From: Candidatus Altimarinota bacterium
GTDB lineage: Bacteria > Patescibacteriota > Gracilibacteria > UBA4473
Direction: 5' to 3'
Length of the DNA stretch: 64,000 nt
Assembly (NCBI GenBank): GCA_965231215.1
Contig: OZ246423.1
Coordinates: 32,001 to 96,000, forward strand
The position numbers and the translations under genes are program-made. Shown here one piece after another: positions 53,113-62,470 of the stretch. How positions within the stretch are numbered: the stretch's first letter is position 1; each line of letters opens with the position of its first letter. The notes below the pieces were generated by a model. That model saw only the letters and a list, made by a program, of their open reading frames with translations. It searched no databases and was not told the origin of the DNA.

Positions 53113-54540
53113 ATGACTAAAGAAAAAAGAAATCAACCTAAAGCTGCTCCTGCAAAAAAACCTTCAAAAAAGGTAGGTGTAAAAAAAGAAGTAGCCAGAG
53201 CCGCTAAAGGCCCGGCTAGAGGAAAACTAAGGAGAATAGTTCGAATGAATCCAGATGAAAAAAAGTTAGCTGGAACCCTTAGCCTAAAACTTAAGAAAGG
53301 TAAGAGAGAAGGCAAACCTTTAGTGCTAGCCCAAGCTCGAACAGGCAAAAAAGACGTCGTAGAAAGAACAGAGAAAGCTAAAGTTGAAAAACCTTTAAGC
53401 GCTGAAAAAGCTACTTCTGTTTTTAGAGAGCCAGAAAGTAAAATTGTTACTAACCCCGACATAGAGGAAGCGGTAGTAAAAAGTTTTAAAGAAGATTCTT
53501 TTGAAACTAAGGGGCTTACTGAAGCTGAAATTAAAAGCGAAGTTGAAGACCGGGTTATCAGAGCCAAAGCCGAACAAATAGGTGAAAGAGTTCTTATCCC
53601 TGGTAAAGAAGGCAAACCAGGCATGACTGAAGGTCAATACATTGAAAAACTAGCAAAAGACCATGATATAGACCCAAATACACTGCTTATTGCTCGAGCA
53701 AAAAACCAAGCAGGAATAGGCGCAGAAGTAGACAAAGAAAATACTATCACAGACCCTGAAGCTTACAAACAATCGCTTGAAACCTTTGCTCAAAATTTCA
53801 AAAAAGCGCAAGACTATATTGCTGCTAATAAAGACCTAATAGCCCAAAACCCAGATATTCAGGCTAGAGCTATGGCTATATTACAAGGCAAAGACCCAAA
53901 TGATCTATCACCAGAAGCTCAAGCAAAACTAAGAACCCAAATCGCAACAGACGAAAGACTTGGAGAACAGTTTTCTACTCTCAATCGAATGACCACTGGA
54001 AATACTTCTTCACTCAATAATATCGGAAGTGGGATTGGAACTGTATCTCTAGATCCAGCTGATCTAAACGCTACTCCCCCACTTGATCAAAAAAAATACG
54101 CCCCTGGTAGCGCTGAAGCTCAACAGCTTTTTGCCAAAGCTGCAAGAGACAACGGCATGCCAGAAGAATGGGGCAAATCACCAGGACTTCATTCTGTACT
54201 GGGAAAAGAATCAGGGGGAATTGTCGGAAGACTCAACTATACATTCAAAGCTGTAGCTAAAAGAATGGGAACTTCAGTTGACGATCCTAAATTTGTAGGT
54301 TGGGTACACGGAAAACTACGATCTGGAGCCTCTGCTAAAGATTTCGGAATCCGTTCAACCGCTACAGGACTAGGACAACTGCTTATTGGGAACGTAAAAA
54401 AACACTACCCAGGTGGGATCAGCGAAATTGGGAAACCCGAAGGTGAGGCAGCAGGAATGCTGGCTTACATGAAGTCCCGTTATGGCACTCCTGACAATGC
54501 GGCTGCCAAGTATGGAAAAATGGGGCACGAAGGGTACTAA
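53113..54540 (+). CDS. Putative effector with C-terminal lytic transglycosylase (SLT/GH23-like) domain
   Basis: C-terminus has LF..AA...G.P..W...KESGG...STATGLGQL...GMLAYMKSRYG. Also carries the shared DIDPNTLL scaffold. Confidence 0.75.
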   Translation: MTKEKRNQPKAAPAKKPSKKVGVKKEVARAAKGPARGKLRRIVRMNPDEKKLAGTLSLKLKKGKREGKPLVLAQARTGKKDVVERTEKAKVEKPLSAEKATSVFREPESKIVTNPDIEEAVVKSFKEDSFETKGLTEAEIKSEVEDRVIRAKAEQIGERVLIPGKEGKPGMTEGQYIEKLAKDHDIDPNTLLIARAKNQAGIGAEVDKENTITDPEAYKQSLETFAQNFKKAQDYIAANKDLIAQNPDIQARAMAILQGKDPNDLSPEAQAKLRTQIATDERLGEQFSTLNRMTTGNTSSLNNIGSGIGTVSLDPADLNATPPLDQKKYAPGSAEAQQLFAKAARDNGMPEEWGKSPGLHSVLGKESGGIVGRLNYTFKAVAKRMGTSVDDPKFVGWVHGKLRSGASAKDFGIRSTATGLGQLLIGNVKKHYPGGISEIGKPEGEAAGMLAYMKSRYGTPDNAAAKYGKMGHEGY

Positions 54541-54588
54541 AAAACATCTAAAAAACAGACTTTAAGGCTTTATTTTAAAGCCTATTTG

Positions 54589-54597
54589 TGATATAAT
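54589..54597 (+). promoter_or_regulatory. Extended -10 promoter of the 54627-60959 unit
   Basis: TGaTATAAT 29 nt upstream of ATG 54627. Confidence 0.55.
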
Positions 54598-54626
54598 TGG
54601 GAATCATTTTTCTATTTTTTTGATCA

Positions 54627-54950
54627 ATGGACGCCCTTAAACAGGAAATTTTGGAACTTTTGAACCGAAATCTGGTAATTAGCCCAGAGGTAAGAGAGGA
54701 ACTAGTACAAAATCTAGAAAGCCTTTCTGAACCAAAAATTAAAAAAATTTTGGTAATTCTACGTGACGCAGATCAAAAACAAACCCAAGCTCTAGAAGAA
54801 ATCTTAAAAGAAGACCCCTATTTCTTCCACAAGCTAGAACATGTAATTCTAGAAACAATGGAAGATGAATTTGAAAAACAAGAAATTATTGAACACGAAG
54901 TGGCAGAAAAAGAATTAGAAAATGACCTAGCTAACTTTTCAAAAAAATAA
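54627..54950 (+). CDS. Small helical protein, paralog of 52678
   Basis: Aligns with 52678. First gene of a tightly packed five-gene run. Confidence 0.8.
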   Translation: MDALKQEILELLNRNLVISPEVREELVQNLESLSEPKIKKILVILRDADQKQTQALEEILKEDPYFFHKLEHVILETMEDEFEKQEIIEHEVAEKELENDLANFSKK

Positions 54951-54960
54951 CATATAAAAC

Positions 54961-56001
54961 ATGAAATTTCATTTAAACCGGCTATCGGAGATTGATCCCC
55001 AATTCTGCTATAAATTCAATGAAAAAGCTCCTCATCCTGGAACACGAAGAGAGAATAACGAAAAAAATGAGAATAGAGCTAAAAAGGTCAAGTCTGATCC
55101 AGAGTCACCAGAAAACATTGGAAAAAAATTAGACCAAATTGGGCACTCTACAAACGATATGCCAGATTTTGTAAAAGGGCCAGCAAAACAAAAACTACAA
55201 AAAACTGTATGCCAAGCATGTAAAGGAAAGATAGATTCTGGTAGTTTAGATAAAGCAATTCATGAAATAGCAACAGATGGAAGCCCAACTGAACAACCTG
55301 GGCAAAGTAAAGAAGGACAAGAAAAACCTCCAGAAGCATTAAGTAAAGCTCAAAAAGAAGAAATCAAAAAATATTTAGAAGCAAAACTAAAAGAGGTCGA
55401 AAACTTAAAAAAGAAGTACGAACAATATAGAACTAAAGGAGAGATCGACAAAAATGATCCAGGTGAAATAGAGATGGAAAAACGCTTCCAAAAAGCAAAG
55501 ACTTCTTTTAATAGTGCATTAAGTGATGTTAATAATTTTCCAGAAAAAGAGGGAGCAGAAAGCAACTCAAATCAAAGTGATGCAGTAGCAACTGGAAAAG
55601 AAGCTCTAGGAAAAAAAGAAGGAGCTGAAGTTGATGCATGGCTTAGATCAAAAGGTGTTGAATGGAATAGTGCAAAAGATCCTTGGTGTGCTGTTTTTAT
55701 ATCAGCCTCAACAGGTACAGATGTAACTAACGGAGTTCAAGCTGGAGCATTAAATCTACCAAAAGCTGCCGGAGGGAAAGAGATTGCTATGTCTGAAGTA
55801 AAAGGCAAAGCAACCTTAAGTGGGAATAGCTCAAATACAGTTAGATCTGGACGTGTAGAAGGCTTCACAAAAGCTTATGAATTAAAAGATGGAACTAAAG
55901 TAGTAACTAAAGAAAGAGGTGATCCTGGAAGTGGAAAAGGACATATAGAAATGGTAGATGAAGGTGGTGAGGCAGGTGAAGCTACTACTAGCATGGCCTA
56001 A
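54961..56001 (+). CDS. Putative effector with rearranged TIGR02594/CHAP-like Cys-His peptidase domain
   Basis: ALGKKE...DPWCAVFI...RGDPGSGKGHIE in the C-terminus; N-terminal MKF...QFCYK. Confidence 0.6.
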   Translation: MKFHLNRLSEIDPQFCYKFNEKAPHPGTRRENNEKNENRAKKVKSDPESPENIGKKLDQIGHSTNDMPDFVKGPAKQKLQKTVCQACKGKIDSGSLDKAIHEIATDGSPTEQPGQSKEGQEKPPEALSKAQKEEIKKYLEAKLKEVENLKKKYEQYRTKGEIDKNDPGEIEMEKRFQKAKTSFNSALSDVNNFPEKEGAESNSNQSDAVATGKEALGKKEGAEVDAWLRSKGVEWNSAKDPWCAVFISASTGTDVTNGVQAGALNLPKAAGGKEIAMSEVKGKATLSGNSSNTVRSGRVEGFTKAYELKDGTKVVTKERGDPGSGKGHIEMVDEGGEAGEATTSMA

Positions 56002-56009
56002 ATAAAACA

Positions 56010-57545
56010 ATGTCAGAAACACCAAAAGGGTATGAAAGAAGTAAAGTTCACGGTGATATCACCGCAGGACTAGAACAGCTAAACGGTGACTACCTCAAAA
56101 ACGAGATGAAATGGGGACGTCTTTCTGGTTCTGAATACGCCCAACATCACGGGATTGAAGTAAAAGAAAAACTACCTCAAGCCACCTTTGATAAAGTCTG
56201 GAACAAACGAATAAACAGCCAACCTACGGCTAAAAAAGATATTGCTGACTTCAATGGTTTTTATATTAATCCAGAATTCAAAAAAGAAATCTGGAATCGA
56301 ATTGAACATACCTTTGATAGTCAAAAATTTCTTTTGGATCAGGCTTTTGCCTCTGAAAATGCAGACTTTGAAAAAACCCTCAAAGACCTCAAAGAACAAC
56401 TTCAAAAAGAAAACAAATCTCCAAAAGAAATTACTGGATCTCTCAATGCCAAAAGAGAAGATCTCATTGCCCAAAAACAGAAAACTCCGGAAGAAAGACA
56501 AGCGTTAATAGATCAAAAATTCCCAGGGAAAAAAGCTCAAGAATCAGTAGAAAAAGAAGTGCTTAGACGAATTGAAGAACACGCTAAAAGACTCAAACTT
56601 GATAGTCTTCATGACAGCAATAACTTAGGATTAAAAGGCAAAGAGGGCGGAGAGCTTAGTGAAGCTGACTATCTAGATGCCATCGCTAAAGATAAAAAAA
56701 TTGATCCTGATGTGCTTTTGGCCGCCAGAACTATGAATCTAGGAGGCTTTGGATTGGATCAAGATTTAGGAAAATTCAAAAACGCAGAAGCATACAAAAA
56801 ACACGTAGAAGAATTTGTGAACCGAATGGAAGAAGCCAAAAAGCTAAAATCGACAGACCCAGCTCAGCTTCTAGAGTTCCTCAAAACTGGTAAAAAACCA
56901 TCTACTACTACCAATAATACCGAAGCAGCGCCCCAAAGACGACAAATCAATACTCTCTGGGACCTTATTAAACTCCTCTTAGAATTTATTAGCGGAGGCG
57001 AGGAAGGAAACTTTGATTTCTTAGGTAACAATAACGGAAGTGACTATGTCAACGGAATTAACTACAACCAAACGCCTAAAAATGCCGATGGACGAGCTAC
57101 TCCAGAATTTGCCAGAAAAGCTGCAGAAAAAGCCTCAGGAAAAGGACAAGCTATACTCAACACCGCTCTAGGAGAGCTAAATACCCATGAAGTTCGAAAT
57201 AGTGGCAGAGTAAGAGAATATCATAAATCTGTATTCGCTAGAGGGGCTTCACCAACGGGTACCCCTTGGTGTGGCTCTTTTGTAAGTTGGGTACTACAAA
57301 AAAATGGAGTTAACGCCAAAACGGCTTCATCTAGAGCTTTTTTAGGCATGGGACAAGCCGTTTCCTCTTCTCAAGCTCAACCAGGAGATATCGTAGTTGT
57401 AGCTAGAGGTGGTGGTGGTCATGTTGGATTTTTTATTGGGTGGGATCCAAAAGGAAAACCTATTATTGTAGGAGGAAACCAAGGCAATAAAGTTTCTATC
57501 AAAACCGAACGGCGAACCTTACTTGGGATAAGACGAATCGGATAA
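56010..57545 (+). CDS. Putative effector with C-terminal TIGR02594/CHAP (NlpC/P60 superfamily) peptidoglycan peptidase
   Basis: A.GEL..HE, TPWCGSFVSWVL, PGDIVV..RG.GGHVGFF and GGNQGNKV motifs. Carries the shared scaffold KIDPDVLL...GFGL. Confidence 0.85.
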   Translation: MSETPKGYERSKVHGDITAGLEQLNGDYLKNEMKWGRLSGSEYAQHHGIEVKEKLPQATFDKVWNKRINSQPTAKKDIADFNGFYINPEFKKEIWNRIEHTFDSQKFLLDQAFASENADFEKTLKDLKEQLQKENKSPKEITGSLNAKREDLIAQKQKTPEERQALIDQKFPGKKAQESVEKEVLRRIEEHAKRLKLDSLHDSNNLGLKGKEGGELSEADYLDAIAKDKKIDPDVLLAARTMNLGGFGLDQDLGKFKNAEAYKKHVEEFVNRMEEAKKLKSTDPAQLLEFLKTGKKPSTTTNNTEAAPQRRQINTLWDLIKLLLEFISGGEEGNFDFLGNNNGSDYVNGINYNQTPKNADGRATPEFARKAAEKASGKGQAILNTALGELNTHEVRNSGRVREYHKSVFARGASPTGTPWCGSFVSWVLQKNGVNAKTASSRAFLGMGQAVSSSQAQPGDIVVVARGGGGHVGFFIGWDPKGKPIIVGGNQGNKVSIKTERRTLLGIRRIG

Positions 57546-57549
57546 AAAT

Positions 57550-59235
57550 ATGAAGTTTATATATCAACAGAAACTAAAAACAAACTATCGGTTTATCTAT
57601 CAAGAAAAACCGGAAGATAGCCCTGAAGAAAACAACAACAAAGAAAATCTAAATGATGTCATAGAAGACATAGAAGCTTTCTTAGCTGAAAAAACTAAGA
57701 CAAAAAAAAATACACCACTTCCAGACGAATTAGTTCAGCGATTTATAGAAGCTTCAAAAGGTTCAAAAGTGGAAGACTTAGCAAAACTTATTACTGACCC
57801 AAAAATAGGTAGAGGAAAAGAAAGAGTTGAATATGTCATTAAACGACAAAAATTTGAAGAAGCCTGGAAAAAACTTTCTGAAAAGACTGATAGTGTAAAA
57901 ATAAACCCAGAACTCAAAAACCAAGAAACCGCTCGAATTATGCATGAAGTTATAAGCGGTATTTCTTTAGATGAATTTAATGATCCTGCAAAGCTTGAAA
58001 AAGCTATAAAAAACACCATTGCCAATGAAAGGGTAAAAGAATTCAATCAAACCAGGGCCGACAACGGTGAAAAAATTAATCCTGCAACAGATATTGATGA
58101 AAATGGAAAAATTAAAACCCCAACCCTTGCTGATAAAATTGCTGAGGTAGCTAAAAAACACAAACTAGATAGTCACCTACTTGCGCGTAGTGCCGCGTTA
58201 AACTTTGATAATTTTGGTTTAGATAAAGATGGGAATATACTATCAGAACATCATGGTGAGATTTTTGAAAAAAACCTAGAATCTCTAGCTAAAAAAATTA
58301 AAGAAACAATGAAAAAAACTGACATAGACCCAAAGAAGGCAGAAGAATTAAAGAAAAAACTTGGTTCTAACCCAACTCAACAACAAATCAACAACGCTAC
58401 TGACCAAGCAGTTTCTAGCTACAGTGGTGACAAACCAAGAACTCTCTGGGATTTGATTCAGGCTTTATTAGAATTCGCTAACATGGGGATTGGTGGGCGG
58501 AATCCTAACGATAAAACTCACGGCACTGTAAATGCTGGCCCAAATAGAGTCAGGTATGACCAAGGAACAGCCAGAAATCTGGACGCAGCGTATGAAAAAC
58601 TACAAAAAATAGATCCCAAAACCAATGAGCTTAAACTCAGTGATCAGTGGAAAGAAAAGCTAACGGCTAAATTTGGTGGTCAAATTGAATCCGTCACCAA
58701 TTACCTCAAAAAATTTCCAACCAAATGGCAGGGAGCCGGAGCCGAGTTTTTATTCAAACTAGGGCGTATTCCTGCAGACAATAAAACTATTGGGATTGCC
58801 AACGTTAAAGGGGGAATGGCCTTAGCTGTATACCCAGACGGAAAAGTCCATGAATTCCCTATTATTATTGGGAAAAACGGATACTCAGATGGAGCCAGAT
58901 CCGGTGACAAAAAAAGTAATCTTAGACGTATTCAAACCATCGTAGGTGGAAAACTTGTAGGGCGAGGTCAAGATGCCAGCAAAACCGGTTCTAGAACCGT
59001 TGTTGGAGCTGCCTTATATAGCAAAGAAGAGGCTCATACTGGAAAATGGTGGCACGGAGTAGCTGATAACCGTATAGCCGGACGCCGTGGGCGAACCTGG
59101 GGATGTATTGGTGCCAAACAAGAACATATTCAAATGATGGCTCGTACCATGCTTAAAAAAGGTTCTGACGGTAAGGTTCAAGGAGGATACCTGTACCATG
59201 TAGATAGTTACGAAGGAGCCCCTAATAAAGTCTAA
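57550..59235 (+). CDS. Putative effector with C-terminal YkuD-like L,D-transpeptidase/carboxypeptidase domain
   Basis: EFPIIIGKNG...GDKK...WWHG...RTWGCIG (His...Thr-x-Gly-Cys motif). Carries the shared scaffold KLDSHLL...NFGL. Confidence 0.72.
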   Translation: MKFIYQQKLKTNYRFIYQEKPEDSPEENNNKENLNDVIEDIEAFLAEKTKTKKNTPLPDELVQRFIEASKGSKVEDLAKLITDPKIGRGKERVEYVIKRQKFEEAWKKLSEKTDSVKINPELKNQETARIMHEVISGISLDEFNDPAKLEKAIKNTIANERVKEFNQTRADNGEKINPATDIDENGKIKTPTLADKIAEVAKKHKLDSHLLARSAALNFDNFGLDKDGNILSEHHGEIFEKNLESLAKKIKETMKKTDIDPKKAEELKKKLGSNPTQQQINNATDQAVSSYSGDKPRTLWDLIQALLEFANMGIGGRNPNDKTHGTVNAGPNRVRYDQGTARNLDAAYEKLQKIDPKTNELKLSDQWKEKLTAKFGGQIESVTNYLKKFPTKWQGAGAEFLFKLGRIPADNKTIGIANVKGGMALAVYPDGKVHEFPIIIGKNGYSDGARSGDKKSNLRRIQTIVGGKLVGRGQDASKTGSRTVVGAALYSKEEAHTGKWWHGVADNRIAGRRGRTWGCIGAKQEHIQMMARTMLKKGSDGKVQGGYLYHVDSYEGAPNKV

Positions 59236-59237
59236 AC

Positions 59238-60959
59238 ATGAAAAATCTAAAAAATCGATTCCAGATTCAGACAAAATTTATTTTTAAACAAAGTGCTACA
59301 GGCCCTGAAACTTCAACCGATACCCCGGAAAAAGCGAACCAAGAAGAGGCTATCCGTAGAGCCTTGGAAAAACATGCTTTAGAAAAAGATTCTGGAAAAC
59401 CTAAAATTTCTGACGAAGATATTAATGCCGGAATCGCTAAATTCATTGCCCTCTTTGAAAATGATAAAATTGATAAAATTGATGAGAAAAAAATTCCTGA
59501 ACTTATAGTAAAAGCGGTCAAAGCCAATGGGAAAGCTAGTGACGTACCGGAATTAGATACCCTTATTAAGAAGGTTATATCTATAAAAAAGCAACAAGTC
59601 TACGAGGCTAAACTCAAAGCTAAATTTGAGCACCCTAAAATGCATGTTTCTTCTGAACTCATGCAGCAAGCCCACCAGGCTGTAATAAAAGGAGATCCGG
59701 ATCTTCCACAAGCCACAATTGAGCAACTAATGGATGCTGAAGGTGACGTGGATAAAATCGATCCAAAATATAAAGACCTTAACCCCGAAGATTTCCTTAA
59801 AAATAAGGAATACATAAAACTTTTAGAGGAAAAAGTATTAGCACTAAAACTTCAAGCCCTTACTGAAAACCGAATAACACTACCAAACAAAACAGAAAAT
59901 AATGAAAAAACCGAAGCTGAAATTATCACCGGAATAGCCACAACTTTTGGCGTAGATCCAGAACTTTTGATGAACTACAGAGTGAGAAACACTGACGGAT
60001 TCGGTCTTAACTTTGAAAACGTAGAAGAGCAAGATGTAAAAAAATACATCGAAGAAATTGAGGCTGCAGCTTATAATCTCAAACAAGCCAAAGCTAAAGA
60101 AGAAAAAAAACAAACTGAACTTGAGCAGCTTATAAAAACTAAACCTAAAAATCCGACTGAAACTATTAAAAAAATAAAAGAACTCAGCAAAGATTTAAAT
60201 TTGGGAAAAGATAAAGATAAAGTAAATGATAAAAGTACCCAGATAGGCCAATCTGTGACACAAGCCAGAGAAGGATATAAAGATGAATTCTATTCACTTT
60301 ATGATTTTATAATGGATCTCTTAAATGCTGTTGGGTATCGTCCAGGCAAGGAAAAACCAAAACAAAAAGAAGGTGAAAGCAATGCTGACTATCAAAAAAG
60401 GCTTGAAGACTGGCAAAAAAAGCAAAAAACAAAACAAACTAACTACCGAAACAATTGGTCTTCTCAGCCCAATTCACCCGCTGATACTAAAGGAATTGAA
60501 GCTCCAAACGGAAGTGCCGTACAAAAGGCTATCGCTGCCGCTAATGCCGGGAATATATTAGGGGCAAAACACTGTACTGATTGGGTTTCTAAAGTATACG
60601 GTGTGAGTGTTCATAGTCTCAGAAAAGTACAATTTTCTGGCGCCACAAATAAACATGGAGACTTTGTAACCAAAGTAGGACGTGGTACAGGACTTGCTGG
60701 TAACGGTGGAGCGAGTGTAGAAGATATTAACAAAATGCCAGCAGGAACCCATATTATGATTGACCATTGTCGAGGTGGGTCTTGTGGCCAAGGAAAAACC
60801 CATAGTGCTATTCTTCTAGAACAACCTTCAAATGGAAAAGCTCGAGTGGCCAGTTATCCAGGGGGAGGAAAAAAACCAAGAATTGAAAACTACACCTTTA
60901 GCCAAAACGGATCTGGAAATTCTAAAAGAGTCATCCGAGCTCATTACCCTCCTTCCTAA
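59238..60959 (+). CDS. Putative effector with C-terminal NlpC/P60-like Cys-His amidase/peptidase domain
   Basis: HCTDWVSKVY...PAGTHIMI...THSAIL. Carries the shared scaffold GVDPELL...GFGL. Confidence 0.65.
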   Translation: MKNLKNRFQIQTKFIFKQSATGPETSTDTPEKANQEEAIRRALEKHALEKDSGKPKISDEDINAGIAKFIALFENDKIDKIDEKKIPELIVKAVKANGKASDVPELDTLIKKVISIKKQQVYEAKLKAKFEHPKMHVSSELMQQAHQAVIKGDPDLPQATIEQLMDAEGDVDKIDPKYKDLNPEDFLKNKEYIKLLEEKVLALKLQALTENRITLPNKTENNEKTEAEIITGIATTFGVDPELLMNYRVRNTDGFGLNFENVEEQDVKKYIEEIEAAAYNLKQAKAKEEKKQTELEQLIKTKPKNPTETIKKIKELSKDLNLGKDKDKVNDKSTQIGQSVTQAREGYKDEFYSLYDFIMDLLNAVGYRPGKEKPKQKEGESNADYQKRLEDWQKKQKTKQTNYRNNWSSQPNSPADTKGIEAPNGSAVQKAIAAANAGNILGAKHCTDWVSKVYGVSVHSLRKVQFSGATNKHGDFVTKVGRGTGLAGNGGASVEDINKMPAGTHIMIDHCRGGSCGQGKTHSAILLEQPSNGKARVASYPGGGKKPRIENYTFSQNGSGNSKRVIRAHYPPS

Positions 60960-61264
60960 AAATTTTGACTTAAAACCTGAGCAATAATGGCTCTATCATC
61001 ATCTTCAGCCACCTTATTAGGACGCTGAAAACCACATTTTTCACATACGTGTACAATCCTGTCAGGCAACCCTGATTTTAATTCAATTCTAACAGGTCTC
61101 ATAATTCCACCGCAATTAGCCGCCCTATCCCCTGGGTTAATATCTACATGTTTAGAACACAAACACTTTATGCAGTGATTTCTGCACGTTCCCCTAGCGG
61201 GAGGGTTGTAAGTCCCGCACACCTCACAGATAAACGCGTCATTGTTATGAGTAAACTTTTTCAT
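60956..61264 (-). CDS. RNHCP domain protein
   Basis: F.CEVCG...CRNHCIKCL.SKHVD..PGDR...CGG.M motifs. Confidence 0.88.
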   Translation of the reverse strand: MKKFTHNNDAFICEVCGTYNPPARGTCRNHCIKCLCSKHVDINPGDRAANCGGIMRPVRIELKSGLPDRIVHVCEKCGFQRPNKVAEDDDRAIIAQVLSQNF

Positions 61265-61319
61265 ATTTTAATAAAACTTCCTTAAATAGCCCGTTAATAT
61301 TATTTTATCAGAAAAAATC

Positions 61320-61458
61320 ACGAAATACTCGTTAAAAAAAGCATGCCTCAGGGAGCGAAGCGACTTTGGTTTTTTTAGAGTTTGAGTGAATATTTTTCTT
61401 AAAATAATATTTAGGGGGGATCTTTTTTGCCTTCTTTTTGGCCATGCAAAAAATGAAC
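61320..61458. repeat. Dispersed structured repeat family A, copy 2
   Basis: cgttaaaaaaagc...ggagcgaagcgactttggtttttttag...ttttttgccttctttttg...caaaaaatgaac. Confidence 0.6.
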
Positions 61459-61473
61459 ACTATAATAAAAACT

Positions 61474-62193
61474 GTGAAATCTACCAAAATCCTTGGCATA
61501 CGAATAGATCAACTCAGCAAAACTGAAGTGAAAAAAAAGGTTGAAGGTTTTTTACACTCAAAATCCTTTCACCATATAGCCACGGTCAATCCAGAATTTT
61601 TGGTTGAAGCACAAAAAAATAATCAATTCAAAAAAATACTAAACACTACAGCACTAAACGTTTGTGATGGTTTTGGAATCACTCTATGGACAAAAATTTT
61701 ATACAAAAAAGAAATTCCTCGAATCACGGGGGTAGAACTAGCTGAACTTATCTGCAAACTCGCCGAAAAAAATAAAAAATCAGTCTATTTTTTAGGAGGT
61801 TTTGGGGTGGCGAAAAAAGCGGCCAAAACCATGAAAACACAATTCCCAAAACTCATTATTGCCGGAAGTGAAGACGGCAATAAAACCAAATTGAACAAAA
61901 AAATTATTCAATCAAAACCAGATATTATTCTCGTGGCTTTTGGCGCTCCAGCCCAAGAATTTTGGATTAAAAAATTTCACAAAGACATCCCTTCTTTACG
62001 CCTAGCCATAGGTATTGGAGGCACTTTTGATTTTTGGGCTGGGAAAGTAGCACGTGCCCCACAATTAATGCAGCGTCTAGGTCTAGAGTGGTGTTGGCGA
62101 CTCATACTACAACCCAAAACACGCGGAAAACGCATCTATAATGCCGTCATGAAGTTCTCAGCCCTCACACTAAAAGAAAAATTTTATAAGTAA
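61474..62193 (+). CDS. WecB/TagA/CpsF family glycosyltransferase
   Basis: TVNPE, DGFG, RITGVEL, VAFGAPAQEFW, GIGGTFDF, RAP and GLEW motifs. The GTG start lies 7 nt after TATAAT. Confidence 0.9.
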   Translation: MKSTKILGIRIDQLSKTEVKKKVEGFLHSKSFHHIATVNPEFLVEAQKNNQFKKILNTTALNVCDGFGITLWTKILYKKEIPRITGVELAELICKLAEKNKKSVYFLGGFGVAKKAAKTMKTQFPKLIIAGSEDGNKTKLNKKIIQSKPDIILVAFGAPAQEFWIKKFHKDIPSLRLAIGIGGTFDFWAGKVARAPQLMQRLGLEWCWRLILQPKTRGKRIYNAVMKFSALTLKEKFYK

Positions 62194-62229
62194 ATCTGCT
62201 TTTCGATTGCTTCTGTCTTATTTTGTCAA

Positions 62230-62368
62230 AACCATAGAGTGAAAGTTCCGTTAAAAATTCTCAACTGTTTGAGCAAAGCGAGTTTTGAGGATTTAGAAAG
62301 TAAGCTCTAATGGTTTCAAAATGGCACATCACCATCTACCTTTTTGGTTCTTTTCGCAAAAAGAAACA
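62230..62368. repeat. Dispersed structured repeat family A, copy 3
   Basis: cgttaaaaattc...gagcaaagcgagtttt...tttag...tttttggttcttttcgcaaaaagaaac. Confidence 0.55.
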
Positions 62369-62470
62369 ATAACTCTTTACCAAGCAAAAAATGAAATTTA
62401 CTTCTAACCAACAGGTAAAATTTTATCCTACATCATACTTTGGACAAGCCAGAGTATTAAAATAGAGAGA

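Noticed and set aside
51548-60959. Prophage lysis/tail module
   Set aside because: No integrase, terminase, capsid, tail or holin genes are recognisable. The flanks are housekeeping genes (hup, RNHCP, tagA-like) and the genes have host-type promoters.
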